A stretch of DNA of 64,000 nucleotides, taken from assembly GCA_964016885.1 (NCBI GenBank), contig OZ024740.1, positions 59,644,001 to 59,708,000 on the forward strand, in the 5' to 3' direction. Shown in pieces: positions 1 to 13,815 of this stretch; positions within the stretch are counted from its first letter, which is position 1, and each line of letters begins with the position of its first letter. The stretch comes from Eledone cirrhosa (Eukaryota). Under the pieces are notes generated by a model. That model worked only from the letters and a program-made list of their open reading frames with translations. It had not been told where the DNA came from and searched no databases. Position numbers and translations under genes: made by a program.

Positions 1-908
1 GGAGGGCCCTGTAGAAACAGTAGACAGCTTCTGCTACCTAGGTGACCGAATTAGCAACGGAGGTGGGTGCTCAGAAAGTACAATAACTAGGGTAAGAACG
101 GGATGGAAGAAGTTTAGGGAACTACTACCACTGCTAGCTGCAAAAGGCTTCTCCCTCAGAATGAAAGGCAGACTGTATGATGCGTGTATCCGAACAGCGA
201 TGTTGCATGGTAGTGAGACCTGGGCGCTGAAGGTGGAAGACTTACGTAGATTAGAGAGAAACGAAGCCTGCATGCTCTGATGGATGTGTAACAGTAATAT
301 ACGTGAACGACAAAGCATAAATGAATTGAGAGAGAGACTGAGCATAAGAGGAATCAAATGCTGCGTGCAGGAGAGGCGGTTACGCTGGTATGGACATGTG
401 ATGCGTATGAAGGATGACAGCTGCATAAAAAGGTGCAGAGCACTAGAAGTTGATGGAAACCGCGGAGTGGGGAGACCCAAGATGACTTGGGATGAGGTGA
501 TAAAAGCCGACCTTACCCAACTACACCTCTCAAAGTCAATGACACACGACCGTGACTTCTGGCGTCACGCAGTAATACAGGGTACCCGACCTCCCATGGG
601 TACATGCTGAAGCATATAAACAATATGCCCCCCCCCCCCCACCGCAAGGTGGTCGTGGAGGTGCCACGGCAAAAAAGCACCCAGCCCACACTGTAAAGTG
701 GACGTGTAGGCGCCACGAAAAAGCACCCAGCACTCACTGTAAATGAGGTTGGTGTTAGGAAGGGCATCCAGCTGTAGAAATCAAGCCAGATCAGTTCCTG
801 TATGAGCAAGGCATGGTCAGCCGACCAGACACTGCCCACAACAGGACAACCCGTCTAACCCATGCTAGCGTGGAAGAACGGACGTAAAACGGTGATGATG
901 ATGATGAT

Positions 909-910
<2 letters not shown>
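1..910 (+). mobile_element. RTE-clade LINE (subfamily A), 3' fragment running off the window start; ORF end, ~280-nt 3' UTR with two 48-bp-type units, (GAT)n tail
   Basis: Translation gives VDSFCYLG...GWKKFRELLPLL...LHGSETW...RRLRWYGHVMRM...GRPKMTW (RTE C-terminus) with an in-frame stop at ~278. It ends in ccatgctagcgtggaagaacggacgtaaaa + (GAT)n. Confidence 0.9.
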
Positions 911-1316
<406 letters not shown>

Positions 1317-1785
1317 GAAAGGATGAATATAAAATGAAAGTGCTTTTTGTTAAAAAAGGAATTTATTAGGTATTGACATATGTTTCTGTAACAGACTGAA
1401 TACCTATGTATCGCTGCTTGCGTAATCATATAATGTTAGCAAGTATTCGATAGCAAATGTATAATCAGTTGTCACTTCTTCAGAGATTTTGGATAAATTG
1501 GATAAAATCAGAAAAATTGAAGTATTTATATTAGTAAAAGAGGAAGGAACAGAGGGGATAGTATATGAGAGATGGTAAATTAATTTACTGCTAAACAAGT
1601 ATATAATGGGTTTCTAATGAGAATACCATGAGTAAATCTAAATAAGAATTTTGGGAGTGCCAATTTTAATCTCTACTTGACCAACTGGACAGTGGACAGG
1701 GCTGGTCATTTGGTGCAGTAGTATTAATTATAAAGTGTCAATTGGGGAAGGGGGAGATTTCGATTGCTACTAAATAACATCAATG

Positions 1786-2232
<447 letters not shown>

Positions 2233-2234
<2 letters not shown>

Positions 2235-4416
2235 CTGGAATTTCCTACGTGACAACTTGCTGCAGGTTACTGATGAAACCTGTGGCTGGAGCAGAGCTCC
2301 AACCAGACAGAGAGTGACCAGGTGGTGGAACAGCACAGTAGATAAGGCTATTAGAGACAAAAGACTAGCATGGAAGGCTTGGAAAGAGGGTGGGAGTAGG
2401 GAAGAATATACAGCCAACAGCCACTAAGAGAGAAGCTAGACGTCAGGTGTACTTAGCATGCAGGGAGGCAGAGAGTAGGAGGTTTGCCAATGTTCTGCAA
2501 TGGGAAGATCAGAGGCGTGCGGTGTTCCACATTGCAAGGCAGTGTGTCAATGCAAATCAGGATGTTGTTGGAGATAAATGTGTCCGGGATGATGCCGGTG
2601 TACTTAGTGTCACGAATGATCAGAAAAAAGGAGGCCTGGAAATGTCATTATGAGAGACTGATGAATGTGGAGAACAAATGGGAGAGAGAGAAATTACCCT
2701 TGGTAGATCCGACAGAGGGACCAGCTATTGAGATTGACGAATATAGGGTCCAAGAGGCGATTAGGGAAATGAAAAATGGTAAGGCTGCCGGACCATCGGG
2801 AATAGTTGCTGAGATGCTGAAGGCATCAGGGGACGTAGGCACTAAACTGGTTGCACGCATCATCAATCAGGCTATATATGGTGGTGTCATACCCAAAGAC
2901 TGGTGCAGCAGTATTCTCATAAATTGCTATAAATTGGAGAGGAGCAATTATAGGGGTATAAAACTGATAGATCAGGTTATGAAAGTGGCAGAAAGGATTT
3001 TAGCACAACTAATTAGAGAAAGGGTCAAACTAGATGAGATGCAGTTTGGTTTTGTGCCTGGAAAGAGTACAACAGATGCCCTCTTCTTGGTGAGACAATT
3101 ACAAGAGAGGTTCTTAGAGAAGAATAAGCCACTATACTTAGCCTTTGTTGACCTAGAGAAGGCCTTTGATAGGGTACCCTGATCTGTCATCTGGTGGTCC
3201 CTAAGGAAGCTAGGTGTTGAGGAATGGCTTGTGAGGACAGTGCAAACTTTGTACAGAGGTACTCTCAGTAAAGTCAAGGTAGGAATGGAGTGAGGAATTC
3301 CAGATACAAGTAGGATTACATCAGGGTTCGGTCCTCAGCCCGCTCTTGTTTATTATAGTCCTCCAAGCCATAACAGAGGAGTTTAAGACTGGCTGTCCAT
3401 GGGAACTTCTCCATGCTGACGATCTGGTTCTTATAGCAGAATCAGTAGAGGAGCTAGAGAATAAATTCTGGCTATGGAAACAGCAGTTGGAAGCAAGAGG
3501 ACTGAGAGTGAATCTGGCTAAGACAAAAGCGTTGATGAGTAGAAAAGAGTACAAAACCCTGATTCCATCAGGGAAATGGCCATGTTCGATATGCAGAAAA
3601 GGAACTGGCATAAATTCTATAAAATGCACACAATGCAGATCCTGGGTACACAAGAGATGTAGCGGGATAGCAGGCAAACTAACAGGTAGGGAGAAATATG
3701 TATGCAGTAAATGTACAGGGAAATTAGACAGTAGAAGTCGCATTGATAGACACATTTTTCAAATGCAGGAGGGCGCTATAGAAGTGGTGGATAGCTTCCG
3801 GTACCTAGAAGATCAGATTAGCATGGGAGGAGGGTGTTCCAAGGCCATAGTATCTAGAATAAGGACGGGTTGGAAGAAGTTTAGGGAGCTGCTTCCTCTG
3901 TTGACGAAGAAGGGTTTCTCCCTGCGTACGAAAGGCCGGTTGTATGATACCTGTGTGAGGAGCGCGATGCTGCATGGTAGTGAGACATGGGCAGTAACTG
4001 CAGAGGACATGCGACGGCTGGAGAGAAATGAGGCAAGCATGCTCCGTTAGATGTGCAGTGTAAATGTGCGTGAACGACCCAGCTTAAATGTGTTGAGAGA
4101 GAAACTGTGTCTTAGAGGGATAGAATGTAGTGTACGGGAGAGGAGACTGAGGTGGTATGGACATGTGATGCGCATGGAGGATGACCGATGGGTGAAGAAG
4201 TGCCAGGAAATGCCAGTTGAAGGAAGACGTGGTAGAGGTAGACCACGAAAAACATGGGCGGAGGTGGTGAGAACAGACCTCAGATCATTGAAGCTCACGG
4301 TGGAGATGACGGGGGACCGTGACGAGTGGAGAGATGCTGTGCTGAATAAGACCCGTCCCACCCTTGCAAGCAGGGAAAAGCGGACGTAAAATGATGATGA
4401 TGATGATGATGATGAT
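2233..4416 (+). mobile_element. 5'-truncated, disrupted RTE-clade LINE (subfamily B) with RT, PHD-like finger and C-terminal domain; ORF runs up to the (GAT)n tail
   Basis: Motifs KAAGPSGI, NYRGIKL, QFGFVPGKSTTDA, FVDLEKAFDRVP, QGSVLSPLLF, L(H)ADD, RLRWYGHV are spread across frameshifted/stop-containing ORFs (2484-3182, 3346-4050, 4051-4389). Flanked by (AT)n on both sides. Confidence 0.93.
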
Positions 4417-4550
<134 letters not shown>

Positions 4551-4914
4551 AAAGCAATATGTAACTATATGATTGTTGGTAAGGAGACTGAATAAAAACA
4601 GCAAGAGCAGCAGAATGGGGAAGGAGAAAATAGTAGAAGTGGAAGAAGATGAAGAGGAGGGTGAGGAGGATGAGGCAATGAAAACTCCCTTTGGGATAAT
4701 TTATGAAATGAAATTTTAGTTTATCATAATCAACGTCGATAAAAAAAGTACCAGTGCAGTACTAGGGTCGATTCTTCCTCTATTGAAAAAATCACCTGGA
4801 GAGGGTTGGGCTCCACCAGGTTTAAAAGTGCCCTAGACATGCTGTATGACGGTGCCTCTATGACTCGACAAGGGGTTATGTGATCTTTATCCTTTATAAT
4901 CCATGATTAGACAA

Positions 4915-6609
4915 ATTGCAACTGACGTGCTTACGGTGAGAATGGCATTAGACCATCTTTTCAATGCAAAACACAAACATTGCATTGTCAGAGCTAATGG
5001 GCATACTCTAAAAAATGAGGGAATGAAAGCTGTTTGGTGGACCTGGGTGGCAGAGGTGCAGTATAGTATCAAAACCATGATTCGGTCTTTGACAGACAGA
5101 GATGAATGCTTGCTGAACAATTGCATGCAGATGTGTGCAGCCTTTTGCCAGCACTTTGCTCGACTGTTTAGAGTGTCTGGGGGGGGGGGGGACATTAGAG
5201 GACTTCAATTCCTACTCCTCGACAACCTCCCACGATATATCACCAGCTATTGTTGAGTGCTGAAATTTGGGATGAGATCTAGCTGAGATTTGGGATGCCC
5301 TGGTCAGCTGCACAAGGTGCAAGTCACTCGATTTGGATGGTCTGCCTAACAAATTTTATGTTGACATGACAGATTTATTCGCCAATCTACTTGAAGCAGT
5401 CTACTGCAACTGGCAGCAGAACGGGAATTATTCCCAGCTCTCTGACTTGGGGTGTAGTAACTCTGATGAGTAAACATGAAAAGAAGAGGGATACTTTAGA
5501 CAATTTCAAGCCCATAACTCTGCTAAACACAGAGTTTAAGATGTTGCCCAAGGTGTTAGCAAAGAGGTTTGAGCTGTCCTCAAGGCAGCTGGTTTTAGTC
5601 ATCATCAGAGGGTGGATAGCTGCAATGCACAGTGGCATCTGCTCATTGGTCAAAGTTAATGGTCACCTTTCAGAATTGTTTCAGATCACACGATGGGTCC
5701 ATCAAGGGTGCCATCTGTTTTCCATTCTGTACATATTGACTCTGTGAGAGCTAGAGCTGTTACAGAGCATCCCACTTGAACTGGGACATGGAAGGGCTGC
5801 ATTGGCATATATGGATGAGATCACCACGATGTGTCAAACACCTTGGAAATCAAGGTGGTCGGCACTTTCTTAGAGGAATGTGAAAAGTTGACAGAACCAA
5901 AATTGAACCTGGAAAAATTGGCGAGTTTGCAGCTCAGCACCTGAAAAGGCAAATCCTTGTCATTCAATAATGTTATGCAACACTGGATAGATGGAACTGT
6001 GAAGTTGCCCAGGGTCTGGTTCAAACCAGACCTCCAGGTGGATAAGAACTGGGACGAGGTAATGAGCAGGATGGCCTCACTCATAGATAACTTCCAGAAA
6101 TCTAGGGGACTATAGATAACTTCCAGAAATCCCTTGCTTGGCAGTGCTACGGGGGGGGGGGGGGCACAGCTGGTTGAAGATAAATTCTACAGGCACGGAA
6201 GTGCAGTCTATCGACCTGTCCAAGATGCATACAGAGCGATGAAACTATTCTGCATGCACTCATCCAGTATCCATGACAAGTGGAGTTATGTCAAACAACT
6301 GTTATAGATCCTGCTATCAACTGAGTGCATTGTAAAGATCATCCCACCACCTTCTTTTGGAAAGGCAGGCAGTTTTCCTCAGTCTGGTGGCTGTAGCAAA
6401 AGAGGTTGTGTGATGGAAGGGTCTGAAAGGACTAAAGAACTGACTTTTTTCTCTTCGGCCAATCCCTCATCAACTTTTTCAAGTTTCACTTGGAAAAGAA
6501 CGTGAAGGTGGAGATGGAAGTGCTTCCTTCCTGTACAATTGTTAAAAGGTGGGCGAATGTGGCATGGATGGCCCATGTAAATGGGTCTACTCTGACCATG
6601 CACCTGTAG
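4915..6609 (+). mobile_element. Old, internally deleted Tx1/L1-like LINE remnant related to the element at 55605-61890
   Basis: Shares RMALDH.FNAKH, RDTLDNF.PITLLNTEFK, VHQGC, a degenerate AYMDE (YADD) and the C-terminal Cys/His region with 58750-61676. Many stops and frameshifts. Confidence 0.85.
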
Positions 6610-6693
6610 GCTGGCTGATTTGAAGAGGAGAAATTATAGTTATTATGAATAATGAATAAACAATAAATAAATAATAATCATAATTATTATTAT

Positions 6694-6880
6694 CAGTATC
6701 GTTAGAGGGTTGGACACCATGCTTTCTAGCATAGTTACGTCCCTTTACGGTCTGAGTTCAAATCCCGCCGAGGTTAACTTTGCCTTTCATCCTTATGGGG
6801 TTGATAAAATAAAGTACCAGTAATGTACTGAATAATTGCTGGCCTTGTGCCAAAAGTAGAAACAATTATTATTATTATTA
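6694..6880 (+). mobile_element. tRNA-derived SINE family 1 ((ATT)n tail)
   Basis: A-box-like start, B-box gagttcaaatccc, central gcctttcatcctt..ggggtcgataaaataaagtaccag (resembles the MetaSINE domain from memory), tail ggccttgtgccaaaagtagaaacaattatt. Multiple copies in the window. Confidence 0.85.
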
Positions 6881-6953
6881 TTGGAGTCTCGGCCATTGAT
6901 GTTATTTAACTCTAAAGTTTGTTCAAATGAACATAAAGCTGCTACCTGCAGCC

Positions 6954-7212
6954 TCAGATATTCAGGACATATCGGAGGGTTCTTGCTGCACCCAGCAAGC
7001 ATGCCTTCTGAAGTGTTCCAAAAACTGTACTAATGTTCTTTAACCATCCTTGAAAACTCTTTGAGATAGTACCTAGTGCTCCTATTACAATTGGGAATAC
7101 CTTGATCTCATGACAGTCCCAAATCCTTTTTAACTCCCACTTTAAATCCTGGTATCGGTTAATTTTGTCCTGCTTTTCTTGCACATTTGTGTCAAAGGGG
7201 CAGGCTATATCA
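6954..7212 (-). mobile_element. R4/Dong-like non-LTR element, C-terminal restriction-like endonuclease fragment
   Basis: DIACPFD...EK..K..RYQDL..EL.RIW....V.PIVIGALG matches the C-terminus of the ORF at 62095-63927. Confidence 0.8.
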
Positions 7213-7240
7213 TTATTATGATTGTTGTTGTTGTTGTTGT

Positions 7241-7286
<46 letters not shown>

Positions 7287-7460
7287 TGTTGTTGTTGTTG
7301 TTGTAGCAGTGGTAGTATTAGATGATGTTGTAGGAGTTGTGGTAGTAATAGTTGCAGTAGTTGATGTTATAGTAGTAGTGGTGGTAGTTGTAGTTGTAGT
7401 GGTGGTTGTAGTAGTAGTAGTCGTGATAGTAGTATTGTTATCAATATTTATTATTATTAC
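7213..7460. repeat. degenerate (GTT/GTA/GTG)n trinucleotide tract
   Basis: Directly visible. Confidence 0.9.
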
Positions 7461-7469
7461 CATGTGGAT

Positions 7470-7650
7470 TGGCAGTATCGGTGGAGGGTCGGACGCCATG
7501 CTTTCCAGCATAGTTACGTCCCTTTACGATCTGAGTTCAAATCCCGCCGAGGTTGACTTTGCCTTTCATCCTTACGGGGTCGATAAAATAAAGTACCTGT
7601 AATGCACTGGGAATTGCTGGCCTTGTGCCTAAAGTAGAAACAATTATTAC
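7470..7650 (+). mobile_element. SINE family 1 copy
   Basis: Near-identical to 6694-6880. Confidence 0.85.
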
Positions 7651-7982
7651 CATCATCATCATAATCATCATTATTTTTATCATCATCATCATCATCATCG
7701 TTATTATTTTTGATACCTATAATCGAGTTAATTTAGCTTTGGTTGGTTGAGATTTAAGTAAATTAAAGAAACTAGGTTTGAAATGAAATTAAACTTTGTT
7801 GATTTGTGAAGTTGAAACTAAATTATTGACTCAGTAAAAGGTAGTAACTATAAAGAGGAGACAGAGAAATAATTGATTTAGCCATTGTCTTCAATAAACT
7901 TAAAAAATAAGATTTACTTTTACACAAAATCTAAACATTCCAATTTGTAAACTTTCTCCCTCTCCTCCGTCTTTCTCTCCCC

Positions 7983-8058
<76 letters not shown>

Positions 8059-8159
8059 ATGTGTATATATATATATATACGTATATATATATAAACCCAG
8101 GCTACCGTGGAAGAACAGACGTAAAACGCTGATGATGATGATGATGATATATATATATA

Positions 8160-8477
8160 TCATCATCATCATCATCATCATTTCATTTTACGTCCGCTTT
8201 TCCCTGCTTGCAAGGGTGGGACGGGAACTGATTTTTGGCTTGGTTTCTACAGCTGGATGCCCTTCCTAACACCAACCTCATTTACAGTGAGTGCTGGGTG
8301 CTTTTTTGCCGTGGCACCTACACGACCACTTTACAGTGGAATGATAGGGACCCCAGTCCCTATCATCTCATTTCTACAGCTGAGTAAACTGGAGCAATGT
8401 GAAATAAAGTGTCTTGCTCAAGGAAACAACATATCACCTGGTCTGAGAATTGAACTCACAACCTTTCGATTGCAAGG

Positions 8478-8481
<4 letters not shown>
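8160..8481 (-). mobile_element. SINE family 2 (tRNA head + CORE/V-like body + RTE-derived tail), head slightly truncated at an (AT)n tract
   Basis: Reverse complement of 18835-19188. Confidence 0.87.
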
Positions 8482-8714
<233 letters not shown>

Positions 8715-8865
8715 ACACGGGTGTGTATGATTGTGTATAGAAGATTATATTAATAAACGGAATTCCAACTTTGTCTGATTTACTCGTTTTATTTACAATC
8801 CTTTAAAATTTATAATGGTATTAGAATGAAATAGTATGGTAGAATATTAAATGTTAAGTGTTAAT

Positions 8866-8904
8866 TGGACAAGTACTTTCATACTTTCGCAATCTTCAGG
8901 TTCA
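8866..8904 (-). ncRNA. Minimal type-I hammerhead ribozyme motif (Penelope-like element type)
   Basis: Minus strand reads UGAAC-CUGAAGA-U-UGC[GAAA]GUA-U-GAA-AGUACU-U-GUCCA. It has both conserved core boxes, a tetraloop stem II, palindromic stem III AGUACU and stem I UGAAC/GUCCA (4 of 5 paired). Confidence 0.65.
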
Positions 8905-9589
8905 TAATATGTGGTGACAGTCAAGTTTGCAATTTTCAACTGTAATGAGATGGGTAAATTTTGTGCCTTATATACAGTGAAAAGTGGCTAAATCTTGCAA
9001 ACTGTATTTTGACCAATCGGTGTGTAGTTTCACTGGATTACTAAAGCTGATTGGTTTAGGCATCACGGTTGGTTGAGCATGTCTAACGACTACTAATTGA
9101 TCCTATCCAAAGCATCAATTGTTTTGCTATTTTTAGAAATGATGAAAATAGCATTTTCTAGTAATCATCACCATCAACATCACTTTTATTATTATTATTA
9201 TTGTTGTTGTTGTTGTTGTTAGTGGTCGTAGTCGACATGGCGTAGTCATAGTCATATATATATATATGTATGTATGTATGTATATATATCGGTTCTGTAA
9301 AAGCAAGAGATTGTCACCTGACCTGGCATTGCTCAAAACAGGATAACTCATCTAACCCATGCCAGTGTAGAAAAATGGAAGTTAAACATAGATGATGATG
9401 ATGATATATATATATATGAGAGGTTGATAAAACCGGTTATGAAGCCCACCACTTCTAAAACTCATAGCAAGGCTGTAAAAATGTTTATTTACATGAACAT
9501 ATATATGATTCAATATACAATCCCAGTCATATATATATGTGTGTGTGTATGTGTGTGTGTAAGCGCACATACATATATACACACACACT

Positions 9590-9830
9590 TATATCAACAA
9601 AGTAATGAATGTCAATCCAGGAGGCAGTAGAGGCCCAGGAAGACCAAAAAGGATTTGGATGGAGGATGTCCATCAGGATCAAGCTAGGATTGGCCTGGCC
9701 CTAGTGAGACCGGTGGACAAAAACACATGGAGTGGGACACTAAGGAGTGCTGTCAGGCAGGACTCACCATTACTTAGGGATTAATTGTGTCTTGCATATT
9801 AATAATGAAAAAAAAACAGATGATGATGAT
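9590..9830 (+). mobile_element. diverged RTE-like 3'-terminal fragment
   Basis: Reads NKVMNVNPGGSRGPGRPKRIWMEDV (RTE GRP...W motif) and ends in gatgatgat. Confidence 0.6.
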
Positions 9831-9864
9831 AATTTATATAGACACACACATACACACACATATA

Positions 9865-11820
9865 CATCATCATCATCATCACCGTTTACATCCGTTCTTC
9901 CATGCTAGCATGGGTTAGACGGGTTTCCTGTTGTGGGCTGTGTCCGGTCGGCTGACCATGCCTTGCTCATACAGGAACTGATTCTGGCTTGATTTCTACA
10001 GATGGATGCCCTTCCTAACACCAACCTCATTTACAGTGAGTGCTGAGTGCTTTTTTGACATGTCACCTCCAAGACCACTTTGCAGTGGGAGGGTGTGGGG
10101 GCATATTGTCTATATGCTTCAGCTTCGGCTTGTACCCATGGGGGATCGGGTCTTCTGTATTACTGCGTGACCCCAGAGGTCACGGTCGTGTGTCATCGCC
10201 TTTGAGAGATGCAATTGGGTAAGGTCGGCTTTTATCACCTCATGCCAGGTCTTCTTGGGTCTCCCCACTCTGCGGTCTCCATCGACTTCTAGTGCTCTGC
10301 ACCTTTTTATGCAGCGAACATCCTTCATATGCATCACCTGTCCATACCAATGCAACCTCTTCTCCTGCACACAGCATTTGATTCCTCTTATGCTCAGTTT
10401 CTCCCTCAATTCATTTATCCTTTGCCGTTCGCGTATATTACTATTACACATCCATCGGAGCATGCAAGCTTCGTTTCTTTCTAATCTATGCAAGTCTTCT
10501 ACAGACAGTGCCCAGGTCTCACTACCATGTAACATTGCTGTTTGTATACACGCATCATACAGTCTGCCTTTCATTTTGAGGGAAAAGCCTTTTGCAGCTA
10601 ACAGTAGCAGTAGCTCCCTGAACTTCTTCCATCCCGTTCTTACCCTAGTTATTGTACTTTCCGAACACTCACCTCCGCTGCTAATTCGGTCACCTAGTAG
10701 CAGAAGCTGTGTACTGTTTCTACAGAGCCCTCCCAGAGTTTGTGGGTACTTGTTTCCTGTGGCTGTTTGCTGCTTGCTGTCCCAGCACAGCTGCTACATG
10801 TGAAGCCTTCATTGTTAGTTAAGCTTTCTGAGATCCCGCTACATCTCTTGTGTACCCATTGTTTGCATTTGGGGAAGAGAATGGAGTTCTTACCTACACC
10901 TTTGCTACATACTGAGCAAGGCCATTTCCCTGAGGGGATCTGAGTTCTGTTTTCTCATCTACTTACAAGGGTTGACTTTGAGACCCTTTCTTTCTAGTCC
11001 CTGCTTCCAAGTTTGGAATTTCTTCTCTAGTTCTACCATAGATTCATTTATAAGTGTGAGGTCATCTGCATACAGGAGTTCCCATGGGCATATGGTCTTA
11101 AACTCCTCCGTTATTGCCTGCATTACTATGATGAACAGGAGAGGGCTAAGAACAGAGCCCTGGTGGACACTGACCTGTACGCTACCTCGCTATAGTCATT
11201 GCTAATTCTAACTTTGCTGACTGCTCCTCTATACATGGCTTGTACAGCTTTCTCAAGCCATTCATCTACTCCTAGTTTTCTAAGAGCCCACCAGATTATA
11301 GCACAGGGAACTCTGTCAAAGTCTTTCTCGAGATCGATGAATGCCAGGTAGAGTGGCTTACTTTTAGCTAGGTATTTTTCCTGTAACTGCTTCACAAGGA
11401 AGAGGGCATCAGTGGTGCCTCTTCCTGGCACAAACCCTAATCAACTGTGCTATAACTCTTTCCATTACTTTCATGACCTGGTCCATCAGCTTTATACCTC
11501 TATAGTTTCCTCTATCTAGTGCATCACCTTTACCTTTGTAGCAGTTGACAATGATGCTACTGTACCAATCCTTTGGTATGACACCTTCTAGTATTACCTG
11601 GTTAACAATACATGTGGTTATGGTGTGACCTACCGACCCAGATGCCTTCAGCATCTCGGCAGCTATACCCGATGGACCGGTTGCCTTCCCCGTCTTCATA
11701 TCTTTGATTGCCTTACTTACTACGCTGCTGCTGACTTGTACTGCTGGCCCCCTATAGGGTCTACTTGGGGTAGGGTCTCTTCTTCCCATGCATTCTCCTC
11801 ATTTACTAATCTATCATAAT
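9865..11820 (-). mobile_element. 5'-truncated, disrupted RTE LINE (subfamily A)
   Basis: Minus-strand RT motifs (NYRGIKL, FIDLEK.FDRVP, HQGSVLSPLLF, LYADD). C-terminus and 3' UTR are homologous to 1-910, with (CAT)n at 9865. Confidence 0.9.
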
Positions 11821-12452
11821 TACTACATAATTAAAAATAATTTTTCTTATGAGCAAAAAACAGCAAATGCTTATGTCCATATGGAATTTTTGTGGGGAAA
11901 GAGAGAGAGAAAGAGAGAGAAGTGTGTTAATTAGAGGGAAAGAGGTAACAGTGAGAAGCAAAAGAAAGAGAACATTATTTATAGACATACAAACACGTGA
12001 ACACACACACACACACACACACCACACATACACATGATTTACTGAGAACTGCAGTAGCTGATAATATGGTGACATTATCAGTAGCGATATTAGTTAACAG
12101 AAGCGGCAATGATTGCCGTCACTGTGGTAAGGAGATGAAAACTAGTTTTCTTTAATAAACTAAATTTTATCGTTATTTTTCTTTTTTAATCATCAATTGT
12201 TTGATGCATGCACTTTAGTGCAATTAACTATCATCTGCTTAACTGAACATTTTACAAAGAACATAGTTTCCAGTAAGATTAGCTTATTCAGTTACAATTA
12301 TTAAAGCCCAAGGTCAAACATTTAATAAGATTCTAGGACTAGGAAATTAACTGATGTTTTTTTGTTAGGGAAGTTAATACAAATAAGCAAAATAAGGGTG
12401 AAAAACTATTACTAAAAATAAAGAAGAATTCCAACAATGTAATCTCTTTTTA

Positions 12453-12738
12453 GACCTCCGAGAAAGTTCGCCCTCCGAAGCACAAGTCTGGCAAGGTTGT
12501 TTCTAAAAGACCAGCAGTCACCCATGCATACCAGTCTCCTCTCTTTATGCCTTGCCACTGATGTTGTCCAAGGAAAAGGCAAATACTGACACAGCTTGGC
12601 ACCAGTGATGCCACAACTCATTTCTACAGTTGAGTGTCTTGCTGAAGGACACAACTCACTGCCTGGTCTGGGAATTGAACTCACAACCTCACTATTGTAA
12701 TTCAATCCCAAAACTCTAACCACTGAGCTATGTGCCTT
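12453..12738 (-). mobile_element. tRNA-derived SINE with a family-2-like head but different body/tail
   Basis: Minus strand aaggcacatagctcagtggttagagt...gtgagttcaattcccagaccagg (A and B boxes) then cttcagcaagacac. Confidence 0.7.
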
Positions 12739-13039
12739 TACATGTAATAATTATAGTTATATAACAGGCTAATGTTTGTAATGTTATTAATTATTAGGTG
12801 TTGAAGGAAAATAAGACAATTCTGTTCTCCATCTTGTCTATTCATCTAGAGGTGATAAATTACTGCTACAAAAGATGTGTGATTGTACAAATATGTCAGA
12901 GAATTATTGTCTTATTTGTAAACAACCATGGAAATTCCCATATGTCCAGCTAATTATAATAATTTTATTGACAGTGACTTCAAAGTTTTGCTAGGTATGA
13001 CTTATTAAAACCTCAAAGTTATTGCTAATAATAAAATAC

Positions 13040-13415
13040 TAATGGTTTCTGATTTAGGCATAAGGCCAACAATTTGGTAGGAACGAAAGTCAATTAAATC
13101 AAACCCAGAGCATTACTGGTACTTTATTTTATCAACTCTGTAAGGATGAAAGGCAAAACTAGCCTCAGCGGGATTTGAACTCAGAACACAAAGGGACGTA
13201 ACTATATGCCACAAAGCATGTTATTATAATAATTGTTTCTACTTTTGGCATAAGGCCAGCAATTATCCCAGTGTATTACTGGTACTTTATTTTATCGACC
13301 TGAAAGGATGAAAGGCAAAGTTAACCTCGGTGGGATTTGAATTCAGACCATAAAGGGCCGTAACTCTTTGCTGCAAAGCATGGCGTCTGACCCTCTACCA
13401 ATACTGCCAATCCAC
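13040..13415 (-). mobile_element. two adjacent SINE family 1 copies
   Basis: Both contain ctggtactttattttatc..aaggatgaaaggcaaa..gggatttgaa.tcaga. Confidence 0.8.
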
Positions 13416-13447
13416 TGCCCAATAACTGCATGTTATTATAATAATAA

Positions 13448-13760
13448 CAACAACCAGATGTTATAGTTAAAGACCACAAAGAAAAAAAAAGTCTTCTAAT
13501 TGATGTATCTAGCCCCACAGACAACAATATATCTATTAAGCAAACAGAGGAATTATCCCAATATAGAGATTTGGAGATAGAAATATCCTGAATATGGATG
13601 ATGAAAACAGAAAGAATCCCTATAATAATGGGTGCCTTGGGAATGATAAAATACAGAGAAATAGATACATAACCATATCTCCAAGATTTACAAATATAGA
13701 AAATAGTATATAGAATATAGCACTCTAAGCACTGCACACTTATTATGAAGGGTACTCTCA
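13448..13760 (+). mobile_element. R4/Dong-like RLE C-terminal remnant
   Basis: PDVIVKDH....LLIDVSSPTD.NIS.K..E..S.YRDLEIEI..IW......IPIIMGALGMIK; starts after a (TAA)/(CAA) tract. Confidence 0.78.
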
Positions 13761-13815
13761 ATGCAATAGAAATATGGCACATACTCAACGCATACAGAGC
13801 TATTCTCGGTAACAC

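Noticed and set aside
6954-7602. Poly-Thr / poly-Val ORFs as mucin-like or membrane proteins
   Set aside because: A trinucleotide tract fused by chance to an R4-like fragment and a SINE.
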